From the IMG/VR virus record IMGVR_UViG_3300040801_001224, positions 1 to 64,000 of that record: a DNA stretch of 64,000 nt. One strand, 5' to 3'. Made by a program: the position numbers and the translations under genes. This document shows, one piece after another, positions 7,930 to 17,061 of the stretch. The notes beneath the pieces are model-generated. The model did no database searches, was not told the DNA's origin, and worked only from the letters and a program-made list of their open reading frames with translations. Positions within the stretch are counted from its first letter, which is position 1. Each line of letters starts with the position of its first letter.

Positions 7930-7990
7930 CATAGTGGTCTGACTTTGTTATAATACGTCTATACTTAGTTAATAATGTACAGAGGTTATT

Positions 7991-8323
7991 ATGCAGGTCA
8001 CAAGAGATTGGATGATTAACTACATTGAGACTCGGGATCAAGCGCAAGTTAACCAGATGGTTGGTAGAGCATTAGTTCAAATATTTAAACGACAGACTGA
8101 TCACGAGCAGAGAGTTAACGACACTAATGTCTGGAATGACATTGGCTTCAGCGCAAGTGACGCATACTCTGGCAGTATCTGTGCTAAGACATTCATGAAG
8201 CGTGGTGCTCTAATTGACTTCCAGTTGGAGAAATGGTTAAAGCCCACACAACATGGCTACCCACGTATCACTAAATATTGGAAACAATTAAACGAAATCG
8301 CACAGAATAAAAAGAGTGGTTGA
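7991..8323 (+). CDS. early hypothetical protein
   Basis: Own promoter; SD GAGG. Confidence 0.85.
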   Translation: MQVTRDWMINYIETRDQAQVNQMVGRALVQIFKRQTDHEQRVNDTNVWNDIGFSASDAYSGSICAKTFMKRGALIDFQLEKWLKPTQHGYPRITKYWKQLNEIAQNKKSG

Positions 8324-8373
8324 CAAGTGGATACTATTTTGCTATACTGCTTATATACAGTTAGGAGAGTATC

Positions 8374-8583
8374 ATGAAATTTAATCATAGCGAATTAAGT
8401 AACGCATTAGAAACACACCTACTCAATGTAGAAGATTGTAATCTACTTGATTACGATGTGGACGGTGTACTGAACAATAAGGTTCTTGGTACAGTGGGAT
8501 TTGAAGCCATCGACGGACATAGCTCATGGGAGGCAGAGTTCGAATATAACATGGTTACAAAAAAAGTAGAATCAATTGGATAA
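8374..8583 (+). CDS. early hypothetical protein
   Basis: Own promoter and SD. Confidence 0.8.
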   Translation: MKFNHSELSNALETHLLNVEDCNLLDYDVDGVLNNKVLGTVGFEAIDGHSSWEAEFEYNMVTKKVESIG

Positions 8584-8650
8584 GTGGTTGACAGGACCAC
8601 TTTCTGATAGTATAATGTCGGTTATCAATTAAACAGTTAGGAATAATTAT

Positions 8651-9739
8651 ATGCCGTTAGTACGCATTATTTCCGGAACCTTCAAGCATGGTTCCAAAGT
8701 CACTCCAGTTAGCAACATCGTTGTAGAGCAAGCAAAAGCCTACAGTGTTGATGAGCGTAGTGGCCCACATGTCACTGTTATGGGTGATGCCAAGTATGGA
8801 CTTCCAAATCGTAAGTGTCGCATATGTGTTACAGGTCCTGAAGACTTTGTAGTACTTGATGATGGTGCTGAGGTGCCAGCAGTAGACACTCGCACAGCAC
8901 AAGAGAAGTTCTTCGCACAAGAGTCAGACGAAGCGGCTATGTCACGCATTGCCAAGAGCTTTGACATCCTCAATGAGATTACAGACGCGGCTGCCCAGGG
9001 TATTATTCGTGGCGTAGTTGTAAGCGGCCCACCAGGTATTGGTAAGTCGTATGGTGTTACTCGAACACTGGAGCAGGCTAACTTCACACGGTCTATTGCT
9101 AACCAGACTGAGAACTATGAGATTATATCAGGTAGCATGACCCCAATTGGTCTATACAAGAAGCTGTACTTGAACCGACATAAAGGTTTTGTTACTGTAC
9201 TTGACGACTGTGACACAGCACTCTTTGATGAGGCTAGCCTTAACTTACTCAAAGCGGCACTGGACACTACAGAGCGTCGTAGACTGTTCTGGTTGTCAGA
9301 GTCACATGCTCTGGCTAAAGAAGACATTCCAGACTGCTTTGACTTTGAGGGTTCCATCGTGTTCCTGACCAACCTGGACTTTGAAGATGTCAAGTCAAGC
9401 AAGCTCCAAGCACACTTGTCAGCGATACTGTCACGTTGTCACTACATGAACCTAGAGATTAGCACAGTACGTGACCAGCTCCTACGTATACGTCAGGTAG
9501 TTAAATTCGGTATGCTGGACAAGTATGCTCTTACTGGCGCACAGAAGCAAGAGGTTGTTGACTTTGTTATTGACAATGTAGACGACATGAAAGAATTAAG
9601 CTTACGTGCTGTGATCAAGATCGCTGACTTAGCTGAAGCTGACAGCAAGGGTTCACTCCAACGTAGCTGGAGAGAGTTAGCAGAGATGACCATGTTAACT
9701 AAAGAATCATACTACAAGCGGCAGTTAGCTAAAATATAG
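8651..9739 (+). CDS. AAA+-type P-loop ATPase
   Basis: Walker A GPPGIGKS, Walker B TVLDDCD, sensor-like FLTN, arginine-finger-like AILSRC. Confidence 0.9.
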   Translation: MPLVRIISGTFKHGSKVTPVSNIVVEQAKAYSVDERSGPHVTVMGDAKYGLPNRKCRICVTGPEDFVVLDDGAEVPAVDTRTAQEKFFAQESDEAAMSRIAKSFDILNEITDAAAQGIIRGVVVSGPPGIGKSYGVTRTLEQANFTRSIANQTENYEIISGSMTPIGLYKKLYLNRHKGFVTVLDDCDTALFDEASLNLLKAALDTTERRRLFWLSESHALAKEDIPDCFDFEGSIVFLTNLDFEDVKSSKLQAHLSAILSRCHYMNLEISTVRDQLLRIRQVVKFGMLDKYALTGAQKQEVVDFVIDNVDDMKELSLRAVIKIADLAEADSKGSLQRSWRELAEMTMLTKESYYKRQLAKI

Positions 9740-9802
9740 GTTGACAAGATGGTTAAAATACGCTATACTATATATAATGTAGAATCCCATAGGAAGAAGC
9801 CA

Positions 9803-9940
9803 ATGAAAGATTATGCAGACAGAAGCTGGACTACTAACGATAAACGTGAGAATTCACAGGGGAGTTGGATAGCTTTTGGTATACTAATGGTGCTCCTGGT
9901 AATCGGTAGTTCCGATATAGTAGAAAGACTGCTGTCCTGA
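9803..9940 (+). CDS. 45-aa single-TM protein
   Basis: SD AGGA; start MKDYADR; hydrophobic C-terminal half. Confidence 0.65.
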   Translation: MKDYADRSWTTNDKRENSQGSWIAFGILMVLLVIGSSDIVERLLS

Positions 9941-10020
9941 GTGAGACAATAAATCACTCTTCCTAACTGTACCCGACCAAGAGTCGGACTTAGCCCGGGT
10001 TAACCCCCGGGCATTTTTTT
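9939..10020 (+). ncRNA. candidate sRNA 2 / 3' UTR antisense to the early-gene RBS leader
   Basis: Unpaired TTCCTAACTGTA (9960-9971) between hairpins GAGTGA/TCACTC and CCGAC/GTCGG, then a terminator. Confidence 0.6.
9993..10020 (+). terminator. intrinsic terminator
   Basis: GCCCGGG-TTAACC-CCCGGGC-A-T7. Confidence 0.9.
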
Positions 10021-10109
10021 CTAAGTTACTGATTCCATTGACCTTTCATTTGTTGACATCCCCCGACCACTTTGCTATAATACACAGTATAAACAGTTAG
10101 GAGAGTAAG

Positions 10110-10325
10110 ATGGACACTGATAAAAGAAAACGTATATTAAGAGACCCTACTGGGTTTGTTCTTAGAACATGGCACGGTGGCCATCAAATTATGGCCAAGG
10201 GTGTAAAACGTTTGAGTGATCAGACCGTACAATTTGTCTATGACCCACTCTCTCCTAATCCAAAATATTATAATGTAAACATTGAACAAACAAACTTGTT
10301 GAATGATATAATAAAACGTAAATAA
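10110..10325 (+). CDS. early hypothetical protein
   Basis: Own promoter and SD. Confidence 0.8.
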   Translation: MDTDKRKRILRDPTGFVLRTWHGGHQIMAKGVKRLSDQTVQFVYDPLSPNPKYYNVNIEQTNLLNDIIKRK

Positions 10326-10389
10326 GTGGTTGACTTCATTACCACTTTCTTGCTATAATACACGTATAGTAAATAAACAGGTACACGTT

Positions 10390-10821
10390 GTGGAATACGA
10401 TCCATTATTAACAGTTAAAGGCACTCGGTCAAAGAAGCTCATAGACTATATTGGTCGCGTATACGATCACTTGGGCTTAGATGCTTTTGTTGAGGTTACA
10501 CTTGTTAAAGAACTACGTGGTGGTGCCCAGGGTTATGCTAACGGTGATGAAGAGACTGTTGACATAGACATTGCTCGCACAGCAGATGGTAGACGTCTAT
10601 CACGTGAGCGTGTTATGATCAACATAGCACATGAGATGATACATGCCCAGCAGTATAATCACGAGCGTATGATCAACGAAGGTATAAGTGTTAAGGATGG
10701 TATGCTTGTTTCAGTCGTTAACTGGGAAGGTACACAGTACATTGGCACACCATATGAAGAGCAACCCTGGGAATTGGAAGCATATACCAACGAAGAACGA
10801 GTATACGAGGCCTGCAAGTGA
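10390..10821 (+). CDS. putative zinc metallopeptidase (HExxH)
   Basis: IAHEMIHAQQY plus downstream PWELEAY; likely GTG start after the promoter. Confidence 0.75.
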   Translation: MEYDPLLTVKGTRSKKLIDYIGRVYDHLGLDAFVEVTLVKELRGGAQGYANGDEETVDIDIARTADGRRLSRERVMINIAHEMIHAQQYNHERMINEGISVKDGMLVSVVNWEGTQYIGTPYEEQPWELEAYTNEERVYEACK

Positions 10822-11063
10822 AAAATGTCCTGGGCATATTGGGTATAGCTATTGCGAGCGTTGCTCTCTTAGCCAGTGTCCTGATCATGTTCGAACAGCC
10901 CGAGCCTAAAGTTATTATTAAAGAGGTTCCCGTAGAGGTGATCAGAGAGCGTCTTGTAAACCCATGTGAACAGCATGGTATGACAGTATCCTACGTCAAG
11001 GAAGTCAAGTACTTTACTGGTGAAGTTCGAATTGGTATTGTTTGTAAGAAGGTTGACACATAA
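10818..11063 (+). CDS. membrane-anchored or secreted small protein
   Basis: N-terminal hydrophobic helix; Cys pair. Confidence 0.75.
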   Translation: MKNVLGILGIAIASVALLASVLIMFEQPEPKVIIKEVPVEVIRERLVNPCEQHGMTVSYVKEVKYFTGEVRIGIVCKKVDT

Positions 11064-11109
11064 TACCCACTTATGTTAAACTATATTTTTATTTAATGAG
11101 GTGAATAAA

Positions 11110-11310
11110 ATGGATAAAGTATCAGTGTTCCTTGGAATCGTAGTAGTTGTATTACTTGTTATGGCATTGGTAACCTACCCCTTCATGTGGGCTTGGAACT
11201 ATGGCATGGTTGTAGCTTTCCCAATGTTAGGAACACTTGAACCACTGCAAGCTTTCTCGGTATTGGTTGTGTTTGCGTTCATGAAGTCAAATACCAGCAA
11301 CTCCAAGTAA
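11110..11310 (+). CDS. membrane protein
   Basis: SD GAGGTG; YPFMWAWN segment; two TM segments. Confidence 0.75.
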   Translation: MDKVSVFLGIVVVVLLVMALVTYPFMWAWNYGMVVAFPMLGTLEPLQAFSVLVVFAFMKSNTSNSK

Positions 11311-11378
11311 TCAAAAAAAAGTGGTTGACATTACCACTTACCTATTATATAATATAGGAAATAGTTAGGAGAATAATT

Positions 11379-11708
11379 ATGTTAATATTCAGTAAAGATG
11401 GTTACACAGTAGAAAAGATCTGGGGTGGCCCAGCTGGTGACCGTATTGAATTCAGTCACCCTGACACTGCTATCCCTGAAGAGTATATCGACAACATCTC
11501 AGCTGGTATACGTGTAGCACAAGACCAAGAGCTTATTGAAGAGCTCAAGCGAGAAGTCGCTAGTGAGTTACAGTTAACAAACTATGAAGAGATTGTTGCT
11601 ATTGACTTCTTTGAAGTTATTTGGGAAGAGCGTATTAAAGGCGTCGTTGACATTGAATGTACGACAACTGGCCGAGTAATTGATCAAGAGTTTGATATTA
11701 AACTATGA
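11379..11708 (+). CDS. early hypothetical protein
   Basis: Own promoter and SD. Confidence 0.8.
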   Translation: MLIFSKDGYTVEKIWGGPAGDRIEFSHPDTAIPEEYIDNISAGIRVAQDQELIEELKREVASELQLTNYEEIVAIDFFEVIWEERIKGVVDIECTTTGRVIDQEFDIKL

Positions 11709-11909
11709 TATCCTGGATAGCAAACAATGAGAGAGTCTATGCCCCCACAAGGGACATAGCTCTCAGCCTGTTTAGTCTAAAAGGGTATACGGTCAATATA
11801 GATGACATCAAGTACTGTGGCCCAGAGAGACGCAAAAAGAAACGCAAATAGTGGTTGACATGTGGACCTAGTGATGTTATCATGTGGTAAATAGTTAGGA
11901 GTTAACACA

Positions 11910-12026
11910 ATGAAAAAAGTAAAAACCAACAACCCAGTTGCTAAATACGATTTCAATCGTGGTGGCTTCCATACCCCTAGCAAGTTCACCCGCAAAATCA
12001 AACACAAAGGTAAAAGATATGAATAG
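11910..12026 (+). CDS. 38-aa basic peptide, ArfA-like (not in ORF track)
   Basis: MKKVKTNNPVAKYDFNRGGFHTPSKFTRKIKHKGKRYE; own promoter and AGGAG SD. The ORF is well supported; the function is tentative. Confidence 0.55.
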   Translation: MKKVKTNNPVAKYDFNRGGFHTPSKFTRKIKHKGKRYE

Positions 12027-12210
12027 TAATTTAATGCGTCTCATCAAGACTGACGTGTATGCAGTTGTGACAGACGGTGCTAACGTATACGTTTACGAGA
12101 GTATCGACTGTGACAGCAACTATAATGAATTAGTCGGCGTATACGAAAGCATTGATAAGTTTATTGAAGCAGGTCTCCCCTGGGAAAAACCTACAGAAAA
12201 AGTAGCATAA
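12019..12210 (+). CDS. hypothetical protein
   Basis: Start MNSNLMR overlapping the previous peptide. Confidence 0.7.
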   Translation: MNSNLMRLIKTDVYAVVTDGANVYVYESIDCDSNYNELVGVYESIDKFIEAGLPWEKPTEKVA

Positions 12211-12280
12211 AGTGGTTGACAAGTGGATACCACTTTGCTATAATACACTTATACAGTAAACAAACAGTTAGGAAAAAGTT

Positions 12281-12838
12281 ATGTCAACGAACGCAACCAT
12301 TTCAGTTATTACCCCTGAAGGCAAAGTATTATCAGTATACAACCATTGGGATGGCTATCCTGATTATTTACTTGATATGCTGACCAAGCACTACAACACA
12401 CTAACCGACGCAATGGCACTGGTTAAGCCAGGCAACATTAGCTCGGTACGTGAGCGTTGTGATGGTGATGTAGGGCACACATTTAACAACCCAATCCCTG
12501 ACCAAACCATTTATTATGGTCGTGACCGTGGTGAGAAAAACCAGGAACCAATGGTACAGGATTTAGCTACATTCGATATTAGCAAGCACCTATTTGGTGG
12601 GCGCCAGGAATATAACTACATCTTTGCTAACGGCCAGTGGATGCACCTACATGAATGGGAGGCTGAGCAGGAGGCTACTAATGAAGTTGAAGACTTTGTT
12701 GGTGATGTTGTTGAGCAAATCCGGGATGACCTAAAGCGGGATGAAACCGGTGCTGTATACGAGTTAATCGAATACTTACACTGCCTGGCTAACCCAGCTG
12801 TTGACGATATCCTTAAGAACTACTTACCCCAGGACTAG
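12281..12838 (+). CDS. conserved phage hypothetical protein
   Basis: MSTNATI...YNHWDGYP...EYNYIF motifs; own promoter. Confidence 0.85.
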   Translation: MSTNATISVITPEGKVLSVYNHWDGYPDYLLDMLTKHYNTLTDAMALVKPGNISSVRERCDGDVGHTFNNPIPDQTIYYGRDRGEKNQEPMVQDLATFDISKHLFGGRQEYNYIFANGQWMHLHEWEAEQEATNEVEDFVGDVVEQIRDDLKRDETGAVYELIEYLHCLANPAVDDILKNYLPQD

Positions 12839-12997
12839 GAGTAACCATGTTATTGTATATTACGTTCACATTATTCTTCGGTAGTGTTATTGGTTTAGTC
12901 ACTAACGAATCCCTAAATTAATTTAAGAAAGTGGTTGACAAGGCCACTTTCTTTTGTTATAATACAGGCATAAGTTAAACAGTTAGGAGTAAAACTT

Positions 12998-13345
12998 ATG
13001 GAAAACTTAATAGACATTTACGCAGAAGCCCGTCAAGCGGCGATTGATGCCTCCAACAACGAAGAGATGGCTTGGAGACTGGCTGGTCGTATGGATGCTT
13101 GTGGCTTTGCTAGTGTTAAGATCTACAAGTACAACGACAAGACCATCCGTTCTAACTCAAAGCTTGGCAAAGCCCTGGAGCAGTTAGGCATCAAGAAATC
13201 ATCTTATGAACGTTGCTATTCATGGTGGAACCCAAGCGAGAATCCCACGCAAGAGATTTCTGTTAAAGAAGCTGGCGCCCGTGCGGCGGCGGAAGTCCTA
13301 AAGAAGTATGGCTTCACAGCATATCTCGACAGTCGCTTAGACTAA
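12998..13345 (+). CDS. conserved phage hypothetical protein
   Basis: CGFA...KEAGARA...SRLD motifs; own promoter. Confidence 0.85.
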   Translation: MENLIDIYAEARQAAIDASNNEEMAWRLAGRMDACGFASVKIYKYNDKTIRSNSKLGKALEQLGIKKSSYERCYSWWNPSENPTQEISVKEAGARAAAEVLKKYGFTAYLDSRLD

Positions 13346-13421
13346 AAAATAACTGTTGAAAGTGGTTGACATCTGTTGACCACTTTGCTATAATAGCTCT
13401 ACAAACAGTTAGGAGATTAAC

Positions 13422-13688
13422 ATGAAATTAACAGGTGAAGCTTACAACAAAGTCCGTGCTGACATTTACATCACAATGGAAGACCAGGGCCTGGGTACCG
13501 ACCTCTTAAACATTATGGACATGAAAGAAGTGCGTCCTAATGTATACGTTGCTATCACAGAAGATTGCTATGATGACACCTACGTTGTGAGCGAGTTCGA
13601 TATGTCTCAGAAGCAGATCAACTTATCACAGCCTTATGCTGTTCGCAACAACTATCCAGAAGCACAACATTTTTTCAACAATTGTTAG
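13422..13688 (+). CDS. early hypothetical protein
   Basis: Own promoter and SD. Confidence 0.8.
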   Translation: MKLTGEAYNKVRADIYITMEDQGLGTDLLNIMDMKEVRPNVYVAITEDCYDDTYVVSEFDMSQKQINLSQPYAVRNNYPEAQHFFNNC

Positions 13689-13697
13689 GAGCTAATC

Positions 13698-13916
13698 ATG
13701 TCACAGTTTGCAGATTTAGTTAGAGATTTTAAGACCCGCGTGGATTCAGGTAAAATAGAACTTGATGCCGCCGCTGATTTATTTGTTGATGTTATTCAAT
13801 CATTGGAGTGGGATTTGGAAGATTATATGACTGGTGACTTTGACAGTTTCGATAACTATGCTGAGTATCGTGAAGAAGAGATTAAGATTGCCACTCGTTT
13901 AATTAAAGGAAAATAG
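13698..13916 (+). CDS. acidic hypothetical protein
   Basis: SD TTAGGAG. Confidence 0.8.
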   Translation: MSQFADLVRDFKTRVDSGKIELDAAADLFVDVIQSLEWDLEDYMTGDFDSFDNYAEYREEEIKIATRLIKGK

Positions 13917-13982
13917 TGGTTGACAACGGTTAACCACTTTGCTATAATACGGTTATAAGTTAAACAGTTAGGAGTAAAACTT

Positions 13983-14324
13983 ATGCAGGACCAAATTCAA
14001 GAATTAGTAGAAGCAATCGTTGAAGACTTCCGCCAGTGGAGTGGACGTTCTAAAACACTTAACGGTTTTGGTTATGACCTGGACGAGCATGTACAGGAAT
14101 TTGCTGACGAGATTAGAGTTAAGCCTGGTCGCAAGTATATCAAGATCATTAAAGAAAATTGTGTTTGGGGTTTCATCGTTAACACTGACACTGACAAGAA
14201 GTTCCGCAAGGGAGACATCCTTAAAGCGGCTGGTTATAACGCACCGGCACGTAACCAAGCACGTGGTAACATCCTGGACGGTGGTTACGAAATTAACTGG
14301 ACTGGACCTTCATACCTTCGTTAA
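13983..14324 (+). CDS. conserved phage hypothetical protein
   Basis: GRKYIKI...GDILKAAGYNAPA..ARGN motif; own promoter. Confidence 0.85.
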   Translation: MQDQIQELVEAIVEDFRQWSGRSKTLNGFGYDLDEHVQEFADEIRVKPGRKYIKIIKENCVWGFIVNTDTDKKFRKGDILKAAGYNAPARNQARGNILDGGYEINWTGPSYLR

Positions 14325-14327
14325 CAT

Positions 14328-14346
14328 AAGGGGGCTTAGCCCCCTT
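14328..14346. terminator. hairpin terminator between convergent genes
   Basis: AAGGGGGC-TTA-GCCCCCTT. Confidence 0.75.
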
Positions 14347-15043
14347 TACACTTTCCGCCTTTATGATATTTGGTCCACATAGATGGATTTATTTCATCTT
14401 TACCACACACAGGACACCATCGCTTAACTTTCCATCTATTAGCTTCTTTCATTTTGGCTATGTCTTCTGGAGTTCTTGCCACACCTTTCTTTAAATCACT
14501 AAGTATTTTCTTCTGATGATCAGGACATGGTTTCATAACCTGTTTGGCTCTTGCATCTTTTATCTTGGCGCGAGCTTCTGGTGAATGGGTCTTGCCGTAG
14601 AAGTGATTGTTCTCACCTTTACTCATTTCTGATATACGAGTTTTATGTTCTTCAGTATGCTTCTTGCCATAAAACGGATTGTTTTTGCCACCGTTCTGTT
14701 TAGAAATGACCTTGGCTAGTTCAACTTTATTATGTTCGTATACTCTGGCAGTTATAGGTGTTTCGTAGTTGATCTTGAGAGTCGACATACGCATAGCATT
14801 AAGAGCTGTAACCATCTTCGCTCTGTCCTTACCAGTAGTCATATATTTAAGTAACCAATGACAGATAAAGTGTTCTCTTGGTGTTAGCAGTACTAGATTA
14901 TCTTTGCTGTTATCTCCACCTAATGACTTTGGGATTATATGGTGACTCTCGTAGTACTCGCCATTGCCTTTGGATCTTTTCTCTTGACTTCGAGAGTTGA
15001 TGATGTTATAATAGGTGGTAGTGTATTTGTTTTGTATAAACAT
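14336..15043 (-). CDS. HNH homing endonuclease with NUMOD3 repeats
   Basis: ESHHIIPKSLGG...NLVLLTPREHFICH; NPFYGKKHTEE and NHFYGKTHSPE. Confidence 0.9.
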   Translation of the reverse strand: MFIQNKYTTTYYNIINSRSQEKRSKGNGEYYESHHIIPKSLGGDNSKDNLVLLTPREHFICHWLLKYMTTGKDRAKMVTALNAMRMSTLKINYETPITARVYEHNKVELAKVISKQNGGKNNPFYGKKHTEEHKTRISEMSKGENNHFYGKTHSPEARAKIKDARAKQVMKPCPDHQKKILSDLKKGVARTPEDIAKMKEANRWKVKRWCPVCGKDEINPSMWTKYHKGGKCKGG

Positions 15044-15113
15044 AATTGCTGATACTCCTTGTTAGTATTAGAGTAGTCGGGACTGCCATCCGCGGACTAC
15101 ACCCTTATTTATC
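15044..15113 (-). promoter_or_regulatory. late-type promoter and structured 5' leader of the HNH gene
   Basis: GATAAATA; hairpin GTAGTC...GACTAC; hairpin ATACT...AGTAT over SD AAGGAG. Confidence 0.6.
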
Positions 15114-15125
15114 AGGAATGTATTT

Positions 15126-15359
15126 ATGATAGCAGAGGTACTGGGATATGTGGCGTTGGCATTCTTGCTATACGCCTACACCCACTCAGATATGTGGAAG
15201 CTCAGGATATTTGGATTCCTGGGCTCCGTTGTCTTCACAATTCAAGCAGGCATGGTGGAGCTACATAGTTTAGTGGTAGCTAATATAATCTTTGCCACCA
15301 TTCATTTATACCACCTAAGAAAACTACATTTAGATAAAAAAGTGGTTGACAATGGTTAA
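15126..15359 (+). CDS. small multi-TM protein (YgjV-like)
   Basis: Three hydrophobic segments; MWKLRIFGFLGSVVF. Confidence 0.65.
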   Translation: MIAEVLGYVALAFLLYAYTHSDMWKLRIFGFLGSVVFTIQAGMVELHSLVVANIIFATIHLYHLRKLHLDKKVVDNG

Positions 15360-15404
15360 CCACTTTGCTATAATAGTGGTATAGTTAGTTAGGAGTTAAA
15401 CAAA

Positions 15405-15593
15405 ATGAGATTTGTAGATTACAACGGTAAAGAACGCATTATAGTCCCACACAACGAGGACTATGATTGCTTAACCCGCACTCGTATCCTACACAATGTA
15501 CGTGGTACGCAGTTTGAAGTTAACGAGCATGGCGGTGTTTACAGAGTCCACCCATGCAGTGGTAAGCGCATTAAGATAGGTAACTTGTTATGA
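15405..15593 (+). CDS. early hypothetical protein
   Basis: Own promoter and SD. Confidence 0.8.
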   Translation: MRFVDYNGKERIIVPHNEDYDCLTRTRILHNVRGTQFEVNEHGGVYRVHPCSGKRIKIGNLL

Positions 15594-15868
15594 GACCATT
15601 AGCAGAGTTTTGCGAATACATGGTAAAGTCAGCGACTGATGCCAAGCAGTACTTCACAGCTGAAACATACGCAGACCTTAACGCACGATTTGGTCACATG
15701 AAGAACGATGTTGCTCACAGCCACTTGCTCAAGTTAGAGCGAGAGTTAACAGAAGTTATGAACAACACAACAACTTCTATTGACCCTGAGCATGGTGTTG
15801 CGTGGACTCAACGTTGCGATGTACAGCAAGCTATTCGCTGGATGGAAGGCAAAGTTAATCTAAAGTAG
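15590..15868 (+). CDS. hypothetical protein
   Basis: ATGA overlap. Confidence 0.75.
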   Translation: MRPLAEFCEYMVKSATDAKQYFTAETYADLNARFGHMKNDVAHSHLLKLERELTEVMNNTTTSIDPEHGVAWTQRCDVQQAIRWMEGKVNLK

Positions 15869-15877
15869 AAAACGATT

Positions 15878-16060
15878 ATGAAACTTCAAGAAGACATTAA
15901 GAGACACGTAAAAGACGAGAAGTATTTGAGTATTGTTAAACTGACTGATATATTTGACGCAGTAGTTGAACAGGCACATGCTAACTTTGGTAATTTTGAT
16001 GAGTACACCAACAACTTCTTACGCCAAGCATTAGAGGAATCTATTAAAGAAAAAGGCTAA
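15878..16060 (+). CDS. hypothetical protein
   Basis: Fills the gap in the operon. Confidence 0.7.
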   Translation: MKLQEDIKRHVKDEKYLSIVKLTDIFDAVVEQAHANFGNFDEYTNNFLRQALEESIKEKG

Positions 16061-16131
16061 AATAGTGGTTGACATCCCAACCACTTATTGCTATAATAGT
16101 GGCATAAGTTAATAAACAGTTAGGAAAAACG

Positions 16132-16416
16132 ATGGAACTATTAGACAAAATTGCACTCATATTAGGATACCTTGTAATGGTAGGCGTGGGTGTATTAATT
16201 GTAGCAATTGTACTGGAACAGATCGTTAGTTACCGTAATGACCATGAGTTCTTTACGTTAACTATATTTAAATTTGGTGTTGTGTACGCTCGCAGTGAGC
16301 AAGCACAATGGAAGATTGAAGCATACAGACCATCAGCTAAGGGTAAGCGAGTACACTTCTCAGCACCCATGTGGTTTAACAAGATTTTTAATAACGTTGG
16401 TGGACGTGAAGTATAG
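16132..16416 (+). CDS. membrane-anchored hypothetical protein
   Basis: Own promoter; N-terminal TM segment. Confidence 0.8.
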   Translation: MELLDKIALILGYLVMVGVGVLIVAIVLEQIVSYRNDHEFFTLTIFKFGVVYARSEQAQWKIEAYRPSAKGKRVHFSAPMWFNKIFNNVGGREV

Positions 16417-16447
16417 TCCACTCAGTATCTAAACCGAGGAAAAGAAA

Positions 16448-16816
16448 ATGAACCTGGCACAAGAATTAGTAGCAAACCGAAAAACAATCGCTGAAGCAAA
16501 TAACGCTGAGAAGAGATCTTATGGCGTTAAAGTAGAAGCGGCAGTTGGCGACTTAAAAGTTAAAAAGAACCTACGTACACGAGAAGTACCACAGGAACTG
16601 GCTCGTAAGTCTCCAGAACTCCCCGGACTGGGTAAAGTATCACGACGTAAGACAGACAACCCACTGGTTAAAGAGTTACTGGCTAACGGTGAAGTCATTG
16701 GTGAAGCAGTAGACACTCGTAAAGAGAAGCGTTGCTGGACTATTACTATCAATGGTAAGACAATTGAATGTCACACAATCAGCAAAGGCATTCGTCAGTA
16801 TGGAGCGCAATCATAA
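16448..16816 (+). CDS. basic hypothetical protein
   Basis: SD GAGGA. Confidence 0.8.
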   Translation: MNLAQELVANRKTIAEANNAEKRSYGVKVEAAVGDLKVKKNLRTREVPQELARKSPELPGLGKVSRRKTDNPLVKELLANGEVIGEAVDTRKEKRCWTITINGKTIECHTISKGIRQYGAQS

Positions 16817-17061
16817 TGGATAAGAAAACTGGATTCCTATTTGTAAGACTGGTACTGATTACCTGGGCATTTAGTGTGGCACTGTTTCTAACATTTGCTG
16901 GTCCTGGTAAAGACCTACAGTTCTACACCACTATTATTGTACTCATGGGTGTAATCAGTATAACACTTGCTCCATTCATGGCACAGATCAATGACATGGC
17001 ACAGAGTGCTATTGATCGGATGTTGAACAATGAAGATAGTAAACAGTCTAAAGAGTCTTAA
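16816..17061 (+). CDS. membrane protein
   Basis: TAATG coupling; two TM segments. Confidence 0.75.
   Translation: MDKKTGFLFVRLVLITWAFSVALFLTFAGPGKDLQFYTTIIVLMGVISITLAPFMAQINDMAQSAIDRMLNNEDSKQSKES

Noticed and set aside
9810-9971. Minus-strand gene using ACAGTTAGGAAGAGTG as RBS and start
   Set aside because: SD-to-GTG spacing is only about 3 nt, no minus-strand promoter lies upstream, and the terminator polarity is plus-strand.
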